Source: Vulcanimicrobiota bacterium (lineage in GTDB: Bacteria; Vulcanimicrobiota; Vulcanimicrobiia; Eremiobacterales; Eremiobacteraceae). From it: 64,000 nucleotides of DNA. The DNA lies in contig CAWETU010000001.1 of assembly GCA_963812135.1 (NCBI GenBank), forward strand, positions 1,952,001-2,016,000. The letters run 5' to 3'. The notes beneath the pieces were generated by a model, which worked only from the letters and a program-made list of their open reading frames with translations, made no database searches and had not been told where the DNA came from. Below, one piece after another: positions 11,121 to 23,686 of the stretch; the first letter of the stretch is position 1, and the number at the start of each line of letters is the position of its first letter. The translations under genes and the position numbers were made by a program.

Positions 11121-11148
11121 AAAAAAAGAGCCGAGCATGCGCTCGGCT
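11121..11148 (-). terminator. Intrinsic terminator for the minus-strand TonB-C gene
   Basis: AGCCGAGC-ATGC-GCTCGGCT hairpin with a T7 tract on the minus strand (A7 at 11121-11127). Confidence 0.75.
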
Positions 11149-11153
11149 TGTGC

Positions 11154-11204
11154 ACCCGAGCTTCACTCGGGTTCTACAATCGATCGAATAAATTCGACCG
11201 TTAC
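11154..11204 (-). repeat. REP-like pair (family B 11154-11177, family A 11181-11204)
   Basis: ACCCGAGCTTCACTCGGGTTCTAC resembles 3661-3684; CGATCGAATAAATTCGACCGTTAC differs from family A at 2 positions. Confidence 0.8.
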
Positions 11205-11210
11205 GTCGGG

Positions 11211-11969
11211 TTATTCGAAGGCGACGTCCATCAGGTACTGGCCGGCCAGCCTGACGCAGTGGCGCACCTCCGGCGCGTAGCTCGAGAGCTGCACCGCGCG
11301 CAGCGCTTCATTATCCAACGCGTCATTCCCCGATGAGCGGACGATCGATTTGTCGACGAGAGTTCCATTCGGGTCAAGCGTCACCGCCACAGTCACGAGC
11401 GATGGTTGTACGCCTTGGTCGATCGCTACCTCCGGCCATTCCGGCGGATACGCGAGCGTTATGCGGGCGGGGCTGTCGGGCGTCTCGCACGAGGCGCGGA
11501 CGATAATGGGTTCGAACGTCGGCAACGGTGGCGCACCGATCGGGCCGTACGCGAGCTGCGTCGAGCCGCCGGACACGTCGATCAGGTACGTGCCACGGTA
11601 GCCGAGGCAGCCGTGCGTCTCCGGGAAGAAGCTCGACATCTTGATCGCCTTGAGCGCCTCGTTGTCGAACGCGTAGTTTCCGGACGAGCGCCATACCGAA
11701 TCGTCGACGACGTTACCATATGCGTCGACGATGACCAAGACGGTCGTCGTCGGGAAACCCGCGGCTTGCACGACCGAGAGCTCCGGCCATCCCGGCTGAT
11801 ATGCGTTCTTCAACCGGACAGGGCTATCAGGCGTCGTGCAGTTGGAATAGGCGGCCGGGCCGTAGTATGTCGGTTGCGCGTTTGCCGGCGTGGCGAGCGC
11901 GTAGCCGACGATCGCCGCGAACAACGCAGCCACGAGGGCCGCGCGCGCGCGGTTCATACATTTGCGCAT
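11211..11969 (-). CDS. Secreted protein with two TonB C-terminal-like domains
   Basis: Signal peptide; two repeats CxTPDSP...RSSGN.A.DNEAL.A...SS..PE...C; GGAGG upstream of ATG 11969 (alternative start 11987). Confidence 0.8.
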   Translation of the reverse strand: MRKCMNRARAALVAALFAAIVGYALATPANAQPTYYGPAAYSNCTTPDSPVRLKNAYQPGWPELSVVQAAGFPTTTVLVIVDAYGNVVDDSVWRSSGNYAFDNEALKAIKMSSFFPETHGCLGYRGTYLIDVSGGSTQLAYGPIGAPPLPTFEPIIVRASCETPDSPARITLAYPPEWPEVAIDQGVQPSLVTVAVTLDPNGTLVDKSIVRSSGNDALDNEALRAVQLSSYAPEVRHCVRLAGQYLMDVAFE

Positions 11970-12003
11970 GGTTTGGAATTCCTCCATGCGTATAGTGTAC
12001 CCA

Positions 12004-12051
12004 CGGTCGAATAAATTCGACCGCTACATTAAGGGTAAACTCGGCCGCTAC
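12004..12051 (-). repeat. REP-like element (family A) plus degenerate second copy
   Basis: Perfect CGGTCGAATAAATTCGACCGCTAC at 12004-12027; GGGTAAACTCGGCCGCTAC at 12033-12051. Confidence 0.85.
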
Positions 12052-12052
12052 A

Positions 12053-12526
12053 TCAACCGCGTGGAGAGGCGGTCCCGCGTTTGGACGCGACGATCAGCGA
12101 TTTGCCTTCGAAGGCTTCGACTTGCTCGCGACGCTGTTCTGAGATCGGGACCGAGCGCTCCGTCGCGAAATCGTACATGACCTGCACGGAATGCACTTCG
12201 GCGACGAGCGCTTCCGTGTGCGCGTCGACGATCATCAATTCCATCAAGAACGACGAGCGGCGCAACTCCGTCACCCGGCAGCCCACCAGCAGCTCGTCGC
12301 CAAGTTTGGCCGCGGCGTGATAACGCACGGTGAGCTCGGCGAGCACGAAGTCGAAGTCCTCGATGCTCTTGAGCGAGCACACCTGCATCCAGTATTCGTT
12401 GCGCGCGGTTTCGCAGTAGGTCAAGTAGACCGCGTGATTGACGTGCCGCAAACCGTCGATGTCTCGAAACACGACCTTGATCGGCCGTATGAATTTGAAG
12501 CGGTTGAGCTGGTCGGCGGCGCTCAC
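12053..12526 (-). CDS. Acyl-CoA thioesterase (4HBT/YbgC-FadM hotdog family)
   Basis: FRDIDGLRHVNHAVYLTYCETAR motif; GTG overlapping upstream TGA. Confidence 0.9.
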   Translation of the reverse strand: MSAADQLNRFKFIRPIKVVFRDIDGLRHVNHAVYLTYCETARNEYWMQVCSLKSIEDFDFVLAELTVRYHAAAKLGDELLVGCRVTELRRSSFLMELMIVDAHTEALVAEVHSVQVMYDFATERSVPISEQRREQVEAFEGKSLIVASKRGTASPRG

Positions 12527-12876
12527 TCTATTTCCGGCGGCGACGTGGGCGGCGGCACCCACCGGCGGACGATCATTCCCGCGTACACGCCGAGGAACGG
12601 CGGTATGAGCGCGACGAGCGGTTGCAGCAGCTGCGCCGGCGATGAGGAGATGAATGGCTGCGTGAGGCGGAACATGATTTCCGCGATCGGCACCCAGATG
12701 CCGAGCATGATCGCCCAGCGCCACGGCGCCTCCGGTCCGATGTAGCCGAGCAGACCGCCGAACATGAACAGCAGCACGTAGACGAGCACGTCGCCCGCGC
12801 CATGTAAGCCTGCGTACGCGGCGATGAAGCCCAGCACGATAGATAGGGCGGTAAGCCACAAAACGGCGGTTCTCAC
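12523..12876 (-). CDS. Small hypothetical membrane protein
   Basis: About four hydrophobic segments; operonic position between RidA and thioesterase. Confidence 0.7.
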   Translation of the reverse strand: MRTAVLWLTALSIVLGFIAAYAGLHGAGDVLVYVLLFMFGGLLGYIGPEAPWRWAIMLGIWVPIAEIMFRLTQPFISSSPAQLLQPLVALIPPFLGVYAGMIVRRWVPPPTSPPEIE

Positions 12877-12908
12877 GGCCCGGCTACTTCAAGGGCCCGA
12901 CGGAACAT

Positions 12909-13295
12909 TCATCCCGCGGTGACGGCATCGGCTTCGATCTCGACGAGGATGTCCGGAGCGATGAGCCGGCGCACTTCGACCATCGTGGTCGCGGGCCGAA
13001 CCTCGGCGAACGCCTCAGCGTGCGCCCGGCCGACCGCTTGCCATTGAGCGATGTCCGTCACATACATGCGCGTCCGGACCACGTCGCGCATGCTCGCGCC
13101 TGCGTGTTCGAGCGCCTCGGCGATGCGGGTCAGGGCCAGCTTGGCTTGCGCGTAAGCGTCATCGTTTGGGACCTTTCCCTGCGCGTCCGTACCGGTCGTG
13201 CCGGACACGTAGACGTGCGCTCCCATGCGCACGGCGCGGGAAAACCCTACGGGCTGCTCCCATGGGGATCCGCTGGAGACGTGGTGACGCTCCAT
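12909..13295 (-). CDS. RidA/YjgF family protein
   Basis: SGSPWEQPVGFSRAVR, VSGTT, DVVRTRMYV, RPATTMVEV, LVEIEADA. Confidence 0.93.
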   Translation of the reverse strand: MERHHVSSGSPWEQPVGFSRAVRMGAHVYVSGTTGTDAQGKVPNDDAYAQAKLALTRIAEALEHAGASMRDVVRTRMYVTDIAQWQAVGRAHAEAFAEVRPATTMVEVRRLIAPDILVEIEADAVTAG

Positions 13296-13410
13296 CGCTT
13301 AATGCTCCTTTCTCCGCTCGAGCGCCGATACTGACTGTGTTGCAAAGGGCGCGGCGAGGTGTAGTGCCAAGGGACCCGTGCGCCTGCCCTCGCGTGTATA
13401 AGGACCGTCA

Positions 13411-15939
13411 ATGGCTGCTACCGAGTTCACGATCGAGATCCAGCCGAAGATCCCCGAGCGGCTCGCGCGCCTCGGCGAGCTTGCCGACAATCTGCGCTAT
13501 AGCTGGGATCGCGCGACGCGTTCGCTGTTCGCGCGGTTGGACACGCGTTTATGGACCTCAGTCGGCCATAACCCTAAGGTCTTCCTGCGCCGCGTCGAGG
13601 AACGCCGTCTTGCGCAGGCGGCCGAAGATCCCGTGTACCTTGACGCCTTCGATCGCGCGGTCTCGCGGTTCGACACGTATCTGCGCGAGACGCCGCGCGC
13701 CAACGGCACGAGTCTGGCGCCGGACGATCTCGTCGCGTACTTCTCCGCCGAGTTCGGTTTTCATGAGAGCTTCAAGCTGTACTCGGGCGGCTTGGGGATC
13801 CTCGCTGCCGATCACTGCAAAGCCGCGAGCGATGCGGGCGTGTCATTCGTCGCGGTCGGTCTGCTGTACCGTCAGGGGTACTTCATCCAGACGATCGATG
13901 GCGACGGGAACCAGCACGCCGAGTACACGCCGTCGGACGTCCCCGATCTTCCCGTATCGCTGGCGCGCGACGCCAGCGGTCTTGAAGTGCGCGTCGCGGT
14001 GCGGATCGGCAATCGCGACGTCGCGGTGCGTCCGTGGACAGCACACGCCGGGCGCGTCCGCTTGATTCTGCTCGACACCGATCTGCCGGAGAACGCAGAG
14101 GCTGACCGGGCGATCACCTACCAGCTCTATGGCGGCGACATGGAGCTGCGCATCAAACAAGAGATCGTGCTCGGCATCGGCGGCGTGCGCGCGTTGCGCG
14201 CACTCGGTCTGGCGCCGACGGTATGGCACATCAACGAAGGACATGCCGCGTTCTCGGTGCTCGAGCGCTCCCGCGAACTGGTGCAGGGTGGACTCGATCT
14301 CCCAAGCGCGCTCGAGGCGGCCGCTGCTGCGACGGTGTTCACGACGCACACCGCCGTGGCTGCGGGCCACGACGTGTTCAATCGCGATCTCGTCGAGCGC
14401 TACCTCGGAGAGCTGGCGAAGGAGCTCGGTCTGACGCTCGACGAGTTCAGCGCGATCGCCCTCAAACCCGACGAGCCCGGCGGCTTCAACATGACGGCGC
14501 TCGCCATCCGCGGTTCGCGCTACATCAACGGCGTCAGCCGCATCCATCGCGACGTGTCCGCCAAACTGCTCGCCGCGCTCTGGCCACAGCTGCCGCCGGA
14601 CGAAAATCCCGTCTCGTACATCACCAACGGCGTGCATGTCGGCACGTTTCTCGCGCGCGAATGGGTGAATCTATTCGACACGAGCCTCGGGTCCGAGTGG
14701 CGTGGTGCGCAGCGGGAGCCTGGGTTCTGGCAGCGACTCGACACCATCCCCGACCAGCTCTTCTGGAGCGTGCGCCAGCAGATCAAGGCCAATCTGATCA
14801 CGGACCTGCGCGATCGCCTCACCGCGCAGTACCGCCGCAACGGCGTTTTCGAGACGCAGATCGAGCGTACGCTGCGGTTGCTCCGTCCTGAGGACCCCAA
14901 CGTATTGTTGGCCGGTTTCGCGCGCCGCTTTGCGACGTACAAACGCAACACGCTGCTTATGCACGATCCCGAGCGCTTGGCGCGGATCGTCAACCATCCG
15001 GAGCGGCCAATCGTGTTCGTCTTCGCGGGCAAGGCGCATCCGGCCGATCTCCCAGCCCAAGAGATGATCCGCAAGCTGCACGAGTACTCGCGCCAGCCGG
15101 AGTTCGAAGGCCGCATCTTGTTGGTGGAGGGCTACGACCTCGCGCTCGCCCGGCACATGGTGTCGGGCGTCGACATATGGCTCAACACGCCGCGCTATCC
15201 GCTCGAAGCAAGCGGCACCTCCGGTCAAAAAGCGGGTGTCAACGGAGTGCTCAACGTGAGCGTGCTCGACGGCTGGTGGGGCGAAGGATACGACGGTCAC
15301 AACGGCTGGGCGATCCGCCCGTACCCTGTCAATGCCGACATCGAACGACGCGACAAAGAAGAGGCCGCCAACCTTTACGACATCCTCGAGTACGACGTGC
15401 TGCCGCTCTACTACGAGCGCCACGCGCTCGGTTACTCGCGGCGCTGGGTCGAGAAATCAAAACGCTCGATGCGCACACTGCTGCCTCGCTTTTCCGCGTC
15501 GCGCATGCTCGCCGAGTACACCGAGGAGTTTTATCGCCGCGCCTCGTTACACGGACGAAGGCTCGCCGGCGCTGCGGCGGCTCAGCTAGCGACGTGGAAA
15601 GCGCGCGTGCGCGCCAAGTGGGATGGCGTGAAGCTGCGGCTCTTGGACGAGCCGGCGCGCAGTGTCGCTTTCGGCAGCGACGCGCGCATCGAAGTCGCGG
15701 TCACGCTCAACGGACTGTCGCCTGACGACATCCGAGTGGAGTGCTTGTTCGGCGATCAGACGTATCAGTTCGTGCAAGCGGGCAGTCTCAAGGACGGCGA
15801 GCATCGTTTCACGCTCGACTTACGCCCCGAGCATTGCGGACTGGTCACCTATCGGATCCGGATGTATCCGTTCCACGAGCTGCTCGCGCATCCGCACGAA
15901 GTCGGCCTCATGATCTGGTTGTCACGCAACGCAGCGTGA
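13411..15939 (+). CDS. glgP: Alpha-glucan (glycogen) phosphorylase
   Basis: YSGGLGILA, HINEGHAAF, ITNGVH, FARRFATYKR, EASGTSGQK PLP site. Confidence 0.96.
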   Translation: MAATEFTIEIQPKIPERLARLGELADNLRYSWDRATRSLFARLDTRLWTSVGHNPKVFLRRVEERRLAQAAEDPVYLDAFDRAVSRFDTYLRETPRANGTSLAPDDLVAYFSAEFGFHESFKLYSGGLGILAADHCKAASDAGVSFVAVGLLYRQGYFIQTIDGDGNQHAEYTPSDVPDLPVSLARDASGLEVRVAVRIGNRDVAVRPWTAHAGRVRLILLDTDLPENAEADRAITYQLYGGDMELRIKQEIVLGIGGVRALRALGLAPTVWHINEGHAAFSVLERSRELVQGGLDLPSALEAAAAATVFTTHTAVAAGHDVFNRDLVERYLGELAKELGLTLDEFSAIALKPDEPGGFNMTALAIRGSRYINGVSRIHRDVSAKLLAALWPQLPPDENPVSYITNGVHVGTFLAREWVNLFDTSLGSEWRGAQREPGFWQRLDTIPDQLFWSVRQQIKANLITDLRDRLTAQYRRNGVFETQIERTLRLLRPEDPNVLLAGFARRFATYKRNTLLMHDPERLARIVNHPERPIVFVFAGKAHPADLPAQEMIRKLHEYSRQPEFEGRILLVEGYDLALARHMVSGVDIWLNTPRYPLEASGTSGQKAGVNGVLNVSVLDGWWGEGYDGHNGWAIRPYPVNADIERRDKEEAANLYDILEYDVLPLYYERHALGYSRRWVEKSKRSMRTLLPRFSASRMLAEYTEEFYRRASLHGRRLAGAAAAQLATWKARVRAKWDGVKLRLLDEPARSVAFGSDARIEVAVTLNGLSPDDIRVECLFGDQTYQFVQAGSLKDGEHRFTLDLRPEHCGLVTYRIRMYPFHELLAHPHEVGLMIWLSRNAA

Positions 15940-17933
15940 CCGTGCGCTCGGCGCGTTCGCCTGGCGCGGAGCGATACCGTCCACGAACAGGTGACGACCG
16001 TCCCCTGCATGATCTTCTCAAAGCCCGATTCCGAGCGCGAGACGGTGATCAGCGGCTGCGTCGTCATCGTACAAGGCGGAGACATCGCAATTTCGAGCCG
16101 GCCACCGAGCTCTGCGTCTTGGAGCGCTACTTCTTCCGCATCGGCGCGCGCGATCCGAGCCGCAAACGTGCCCTGTGTTGCGCCGCCGATCATGTAGGTC
16201 CCGCCGTGGCCTTCGCCGCTCGGCATCGCGATCGAGGATTCGACGTTCAGCGCTCCCGTGACGGCACCGGCGCGCGCCGCAAGCACGTAGGTGACGACGA
16301 GTCGATCGTCGTCGATCGTGAACGTCTTCTCGATCCAGAGTCCGTCGGGTTGTGCGCGGCACGTCGCCTGAGGCTGGTTCGCGACCACTTCGCAGGCGTA
16401 CTCGAGAGTTGCGCCATTCCACGAGTCGACGAACAGACCGCGGGGTTTGAGGTCGGGTTCCAAATCCGCGGACGTGATGTCTGCCGGGATGATCACGCGC
16501 TCGTGGATCGACGCGATGCCACTCTTGCGCGTGGGGCGCAACGGCGGCGGCGGCGCGCCTGCGCGGATGATGTCGTAGTAGTCTTCGTCGCGGCGGGCAA
16601 GCACATCGGCGAAGTTGTGATCGAAGCGATAGTCGATGAGCTCGCACAGGCGGCCGCCTTCGCCCGGCTTGATCACGGCATGGAATCGCCCGGCGCGCAA
16701 CGCGGTTTCCGTTGCGCCGTCGAGATCGATGTCGAGCTGCTGCGACGGCGGGCGTGGGTCGATCTCGTCGAGCGATCCCTCCAGCACCGCGAGATTCGCG
16801 TACACGCTGCGCCGTAAGAACGGGAGGTAGATACCGCCGAACAGGCCGTGCCAATACGCGTCGTTTGCCTGCGTCCGATGCAGCGTCTCGATCATCTCTT
16901 GCGTTTGCCGTTCCGCCGGCAACGCGTGCAGGCGGTGCGAGGCCTGTTGCATGCGCTTGTGCATCCAGTTCGCCTCGGGGTATTTCATCAAGAAGCTCTT
17001 CCACATGCCGCCGCGCAGCATGGGCTCGTCCTCGGCCAGCGTGCCGCGATCGGCTGAGCGGCGCAGCAGCGACTGCAAACGGCGCGCGCCTGCCGGCGGC
17101 AACGTCCACTCGTTCATCTCGGCGTACGATGTGGTGGGCAGGTACACGAGGCCGCACCTCGCACGCTGCTCGTGGAATTCGCCGAAGGTCTGCATCTCGA
17201 CGCGCGTCGATGCTTCCAGCCCGGCTAACACCGCTTCAAGCCAGCCTTGTCCGTAGACCCACTCGTACGTGTCGGGCCACACGCCGAACTTCTCGATGTC
17301 GTCGAAGTAGATCGCTGCCGCTCCGGGCGGGAACGCTTCGATGGTGCTGACCACTTCCGCCGCCGGCGCGAACGGCATGAGATAGCGCAGCGTTTCAGAG
17401 ATCGGGAAGACGTCAAGCCGCTGCCCGCTCTCCTCGGTCGTGTAGTAACCGTTGAGGTCGCCCATCACGCCGATGCTGCGGAAATGGTAGTCGTCGACGG
17501 CCACGAAGCGCAGGCCGCTCGCGTGCAGCGACGGGACGACGGTCGCTTCCCACACGCGCTCGGTGAGCCACGCGCCGCGCGGGCGGACGCCGAACAGCTT
17601 TTCGAGCCGTACCGTCATCGCACGCAGCTGATCGCGGCGGTCGCGTTCGGGAATCGCGGCGAGCACGGGCTCCGTGTCGCCGCCGCCGATCAACTCGAGC
17701 TGACCGCGCGCCGTCATCCGCCGGATGCGCTCGACGTCTTCGGGGAACGTGCGCTGCAGGTAGTCGAGCAGCCAACCGCTGACGTGCAAGCTCATGCGAA
17801 TCGCCGGATGACGCTCGACGGCCTCGAGAAACGGGCGGTAACAGCGGCGCAGCGCGTCGTCGATCACGTGCGTGAAATTGCCGACCGGTTGATGCGCGTG
17901 GACGCCGAACAGCAGTCGGACCTTGTCGGTCAC
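15849..17933 (-). CDS. GH57 4-alpha-glucanotransferase / alpha-amylase (DUF1925/DUF1926 type); true end probably 15908 after a +1 frameshift near 15968
   Basis: HAHQPVGNF, GAWLTERVW, DDIEKFGVWP, QANDAYWHGLFGGIYL, SRSESGFEKIMQG. Confidence 0.9.
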   Translation of the reverse strand: MTDKVRLLFGVHAHQPVGNFTHVIDDALRRCYRPFLEAVERHPAIRMSLHVSGWLLDYLQRTFPEDVERIRRMTARGQLELIGGGDTEPVLAAIPERDRRDQLRAMTVRLEKLFGVRPRGAWLTERVWEATVVPSLHASGLRFVAVDDYHFRSIGVMGDLNGYYTTEESGQRLDVFPISETLRYLMPFAPAAEVVSTIEAFPPGAAAIYFDDIEKFGVWPDTYEWVYGQGWLEAVLAGLEASTRVEMQTFGEFHEQRARCGLVYLPTTSYAEMNEWTLPPAGARRLQSLLRRSADRGTLAEDEPMLRGGMWKSFLMKYPEANWMHKRMQQASHRLHALPAERQTQEMIETLHRTQANDAYWHGLFGGIYLPFLRRSVYANLAVLEGSLDEIDPRPPSQQLDIDLDGATETALRAGRFHAVIKPGEGGRLCELIDYRFDHNFADVLARRDEDYYDIIRAGAPPPPLRPTRKSGIASIHERVIIPADITSADLEPDLKPRGLFVDSWNGATLEYACEVVANQPQATCRAQPDGLWIEKTFTIDDDRLVVTYVLAARAGAVTGALNVESSIAMPSGEGHGGTYMIGGATQGTFAARIARADAEEVALQDAELGGRLEIAMSPPCTMTTQPLITVSRSESGFEKIMQGTVVTCSWTVSLRARRTRRAHGHAALRDNQIMRPTSCGCASSSWNGYIRIR

Positions 17934-19609
17934 AAGCGATCGACCCGGTTGGCGCGTCGCATGACGCCGTCGTATACCGGGTCGCCGGTGCCGATGCTCA
18001 CCGCCGTGTCAAGCTCGGGCGGTGCCGATTCGCCGAGCGCCGCATACAGGTCGCTGAGATGGCGACGGAACAACTGCTCGAAATCGCGCACCGGCGCAGG
18101 CGGATTGTAGCCGCCGAACCACCAGAACCAGTCCGAGCTCTCGCAGCGGCGTAATATCATCTCCGCGGCGGCCCGTGCGGCCGGCGTGAGGCGCCCGGAC
18201 TCCAGCGTCGTGTCGTACGCGCGCTTGGCCTCGACCAGCAGATCCCAACCGCGATTCTTATCGGGGTCGCCGATCCAGGTGTCGAACGAGCCGTAGACCC
18301 AGCTGCCGGCAACGACGCCCTCGAGCGCCGGCATCTGCGGCTTGCTCGAAAGATGATCGCTAAATGTCGTCAACCGCATGCCCGGCTGCTCGCTGAGCCG
18401 ATCGTAGAGCGCATTGAGAAATTCGAACGCGTTGTCTTCGTAATGCTCCCACGCGTTCTCGCCGTCGAGGATAATGGTGACGACCGGCGCTGCGCCCGGC
18501 GGCTGCGCCGCTGCGATGGCTTCGAGCGCGCCGACCAGGTCGTCAATGGCATCGTTCGCGCGCCATGGCGCATAGACAAATCCGATGCGGTCCGACAAGT
18601 CGTCGTCGCGGAAAAAACACGCGATGGGTCCTGCGCCAGCCTGCACCGCGTATGGGGTGTACAAGTACTGCTCGCGCGACGTCTGGTCGCCCTGAGCAGC
18701 GAGAGTGTTGACGCAAACCCGCTCGCCGCTTGCCGTCCACTGAAAACCATGCGCGCGCATCGCCGCGAGCGTCGCGTCGGAGATGCCGCCCTCGGACGGC
18801 CAGCAGCCGCTGGGCGGCTCACCAAAACGCGCCGCGTGCGCGTCACGCGCGCTTTGGAGCTGGACGTCCGCACGCTGCGCGCCACCCGGGTACGCGGGAC
18901 TTGCCGGCAGCACCGCGTCGGGATGCGCTTCGAGCGCGGCGCGAAAGTCGATCAACAGCGGCACGATCGGATGCGAGTACGGCGAGGTCGCCAGTTCGAT
19001 GCGCCCTTGCTGCGCGAGCCGCAGATAACGATCGAGAACGCTCCCGACCAGCTCGCCGATGACGCGCAACAGCGTCGCGCGGTCGGCGGCGTCGAAGCCG
19101 CGCTCTTTGGCGATCAGTCGCTGCACCCGCTCGTCGGAGCGTTTCGCGCCCTCTCCCACCCACGCGAGGTGGTACCAGACCAGTGCGTCCGCCATGTCAG
19201 CCGGAGATAACGGCTCTCCGCCCCACGCCGCAGACTCGGCGAGATGGAAGACGCGCTCGTACGCCGGGTAACGGCGCACCATGCGTTCGAAATTCGCGCG
19301 GCACACCTCGTAGCACAGCCGGCGCCGGCGTTCGGGCGTGTCGGCGTCGCCGCGCTGCAGATCGCGCAGCAGCGGGTCGCGGAACTCGCCGGATTCGAAT
19401 TGCGCGCGATAGTCGTCGAGCTGTTCGACGAGCACCGGCGCGAAGCTCACCGTCGCGCGCGCGCCCTGCGCGTGCTCGAGGTGCCAGGCCATGTCGGCGT
19501 AATCTTTGATGGCGTGCAGATAGACCCACGGCTGGCGGTATTGACCGTCCGCCGCGCGATAACTCGGTTGATGCATGTGCCAACACAGGACGATGTCGAG
19601 GGTCTTCAC
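17930..19609 (-). CDS. GH57 glycoside hydrolase (amylopullulanase-like)
   Basis: WHMHQP, WPSEG nucleophile, ILDGENAWE, ESSDWFWW. Confidence 0.92.
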   Translation of the reverse strand: MKTLDIVLCWHMHQPSYRAADGQYRQPWVYLHAIKDYADMAWHLEHAQGARATVSFAPVLVEQLDDYRAQFESGEFRDPLLRDLQRGDADTPERRRRLCYEVCRANFERMVRRYPAYERVFHLAESAAWGGEPLSPADMADALVWYHLAWVGEGAKRSDERVQRLIAKERGFDAADRATLLRVIGELVGSVLDRYLRLAQQGRIELATSPYSHPIVPLLIDFRAALEAHPDAVLPASPAYPGGAQRADVQLQSARDAHAARFGEPPSGCWPSEGGISDATLAAMRAHGFQWTASGERVCVNTLAAQGDQTSREQYLYTPYAVQAGAGPIACFFRDDDLSDRIGFVYAPWRANDAIDDLVGALEAIAAAQPPGAAPVVTIILDGENAWEHYEDNAFEFLNALYDRLSEQPGMRLTTFSDHLSSKPQMPALEGVVAGSWVYGSFDTWIGDPDKNRGWDLLVEAKRAYDTTLESGRLTPAARAAAEMILRRCESSDWFWWFGGYNPPAPVRDFEQLFRRHLSDLYAALGESAPPELDTAVSIGTGDPVYDGVMRRANRVDRL

Positions 19610-19619
19610 GGCAGCAGCT

Positions 19620-20900
19620 TTAGCCTGCGTGATGGACGCGTTGCCCGAGCATCTCGGGCGTGATGAGCGTGATGCCGCTCTCCGTGCGGTAGAAACGCCG
19701 GGCGTCGGCCTCCGGATCTTCGCCGACCACCGTGCCTTCGGGGATGTCGCACAACTTGTCGATGATGACGCGGCGCAGCCGGCAATGCCGGCGGATGGTC
19801 ACGTTCGGCAAGATGACGCAGTCCTCGATATCGCTGAACGAGTTGATGCGCACGCTAGTGGAGACGAGCGAACGCCGCACGAGCGAGCCCGAGATGATCA
19901 CGCCGCCCGAGACGATCGAATTGATCGCCATGCCGCGCCGGTCGGTTTCGTCGAGCACGAACTTGGCCGGCGGCACCTGTTCCTGATACGTCCAGATCGG
20001 CCAGGACGAGTCGTAGAGATTGAGCTGGGGCAGGGTCTTGGTCAGATCCATGTTCGCTTCCCAATACGCGTCGAGCGTGCCGACGTCGCGCCAATAGGGC
20101 AGCTTGCCCTCCTCGGTGACGACGCCGCTGGTCGCGAACTGGTGCGAGACGACGTTGCAGCGCGGCACGAGCGCGGGGAGGATGTCGTGTCCGAAGTCGT
20201 GGGTCGAGGTCGGATCGGCGAGATCGCGCGCCAGCTCGTCGTACAAGAGCGCCGCGTTGAACACATAGATGCCCATGCTGGCAAGCGTCATGTCGGGGCG
20301 GCCCGGGATCGCGGGCGGGTTGGACGACTTCTCGACGAAGCTGCGGACGCGGCCGCGCTCGTCGACCGTCATCGTACCCAGCTCCTCGGCGGCGCCGATC
20401 GGCACGTCGACCACGCCCACGGTCACGTCCGCCTTGGACGACACGTGGTCGCTCAGCATCTTGCCGTAATCCATCTTATATATATGGTCGCCGGCGAGCA
20501 CCAGGACGAACTCCGGCTTGTGCGAGCGGATGATGTCGAGGTTCTGGTAGACCGCGTCGGCGGTGCCCCGGTACCACGACTCCTCGATGCGCTGAGAAGC
20601 GGGCAGCAGCTCGACCGCTTCGTCGAATTCGCCGTGCAGAAAGCTCCAGCCGCGCTGCAGGTGCCGGATAAGCGAGTGCGCCTTGTATTGGGTCACGACG
20701 CCGATGCGCCGGATGCCTGAGTTGATGCAGTTCGACAACGGGAAGTCGATGATGCGGAACTTGCCGCCGAACGGAACCGCTGGCTTGGCGCGCCACTCGG
20801 TGAGTTGCATGAGCCGCGTGCCGCGGCCACCCGCCAATACGAGCGCAAGCGTCGCTTTGGTGAGCAAGCTGACAAAGCGCGGCTGTGTGGACTGCGGCAT
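19620..20900 (-). CDS. glgC: Glucose-1-phosphate adenylyltransferase
   Basis: [53 protein letters not shown]. Confidence 0.97.
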   Translation of the reverse strand: MPQSTQPRFVSLLTKATLALVLAGGRGTRLMQLTEWRAKPAVPFGGKFRIIDFPLSNCINSGIRRIGVVTQYKAHSLIRHLQRGWSFLHGEFDEAVELLPASQRIEESWYRGTADAVYQNLDIIRSHKPEFVLVLAGDHIYKMDYGKMLSDHVSSKADVTVGVVDVPIGAAEELGTMTVDERGRVRSFVEKSSNPPAIPGRPDMTLASMGIYVFNAALLYDELARDLADPTSTHDFGHDILPALVPRCNVVSHQFATSGVVTEEGKLPYWRDVGTLDAYWEANMDLTKTLPQLNLYDSSWPIWTYQEQVPPAKFVLDETDRRGMAINSIVSGGVIISGSLVRRSLVSTSVRINSFSDIEDCVILPNVTIRRHCRLRRVIIDKLCDIPEGTVVGEDPEADARRFYRTESGITLITPEMLGQRVHHAG

Positions 20901-20989
20901 CAGCGCTATCTATCCCGCGCCGGGTGTTCTCTCCTTGAATTGTTCGCCCGGAGGGTTCTCGTTGGCGCGTTCGAAGCGTTTGCCGATCA

Positions 20990-23682
<2,693 letters not shown>

Positions 23683-23686
<4 letters not shown>

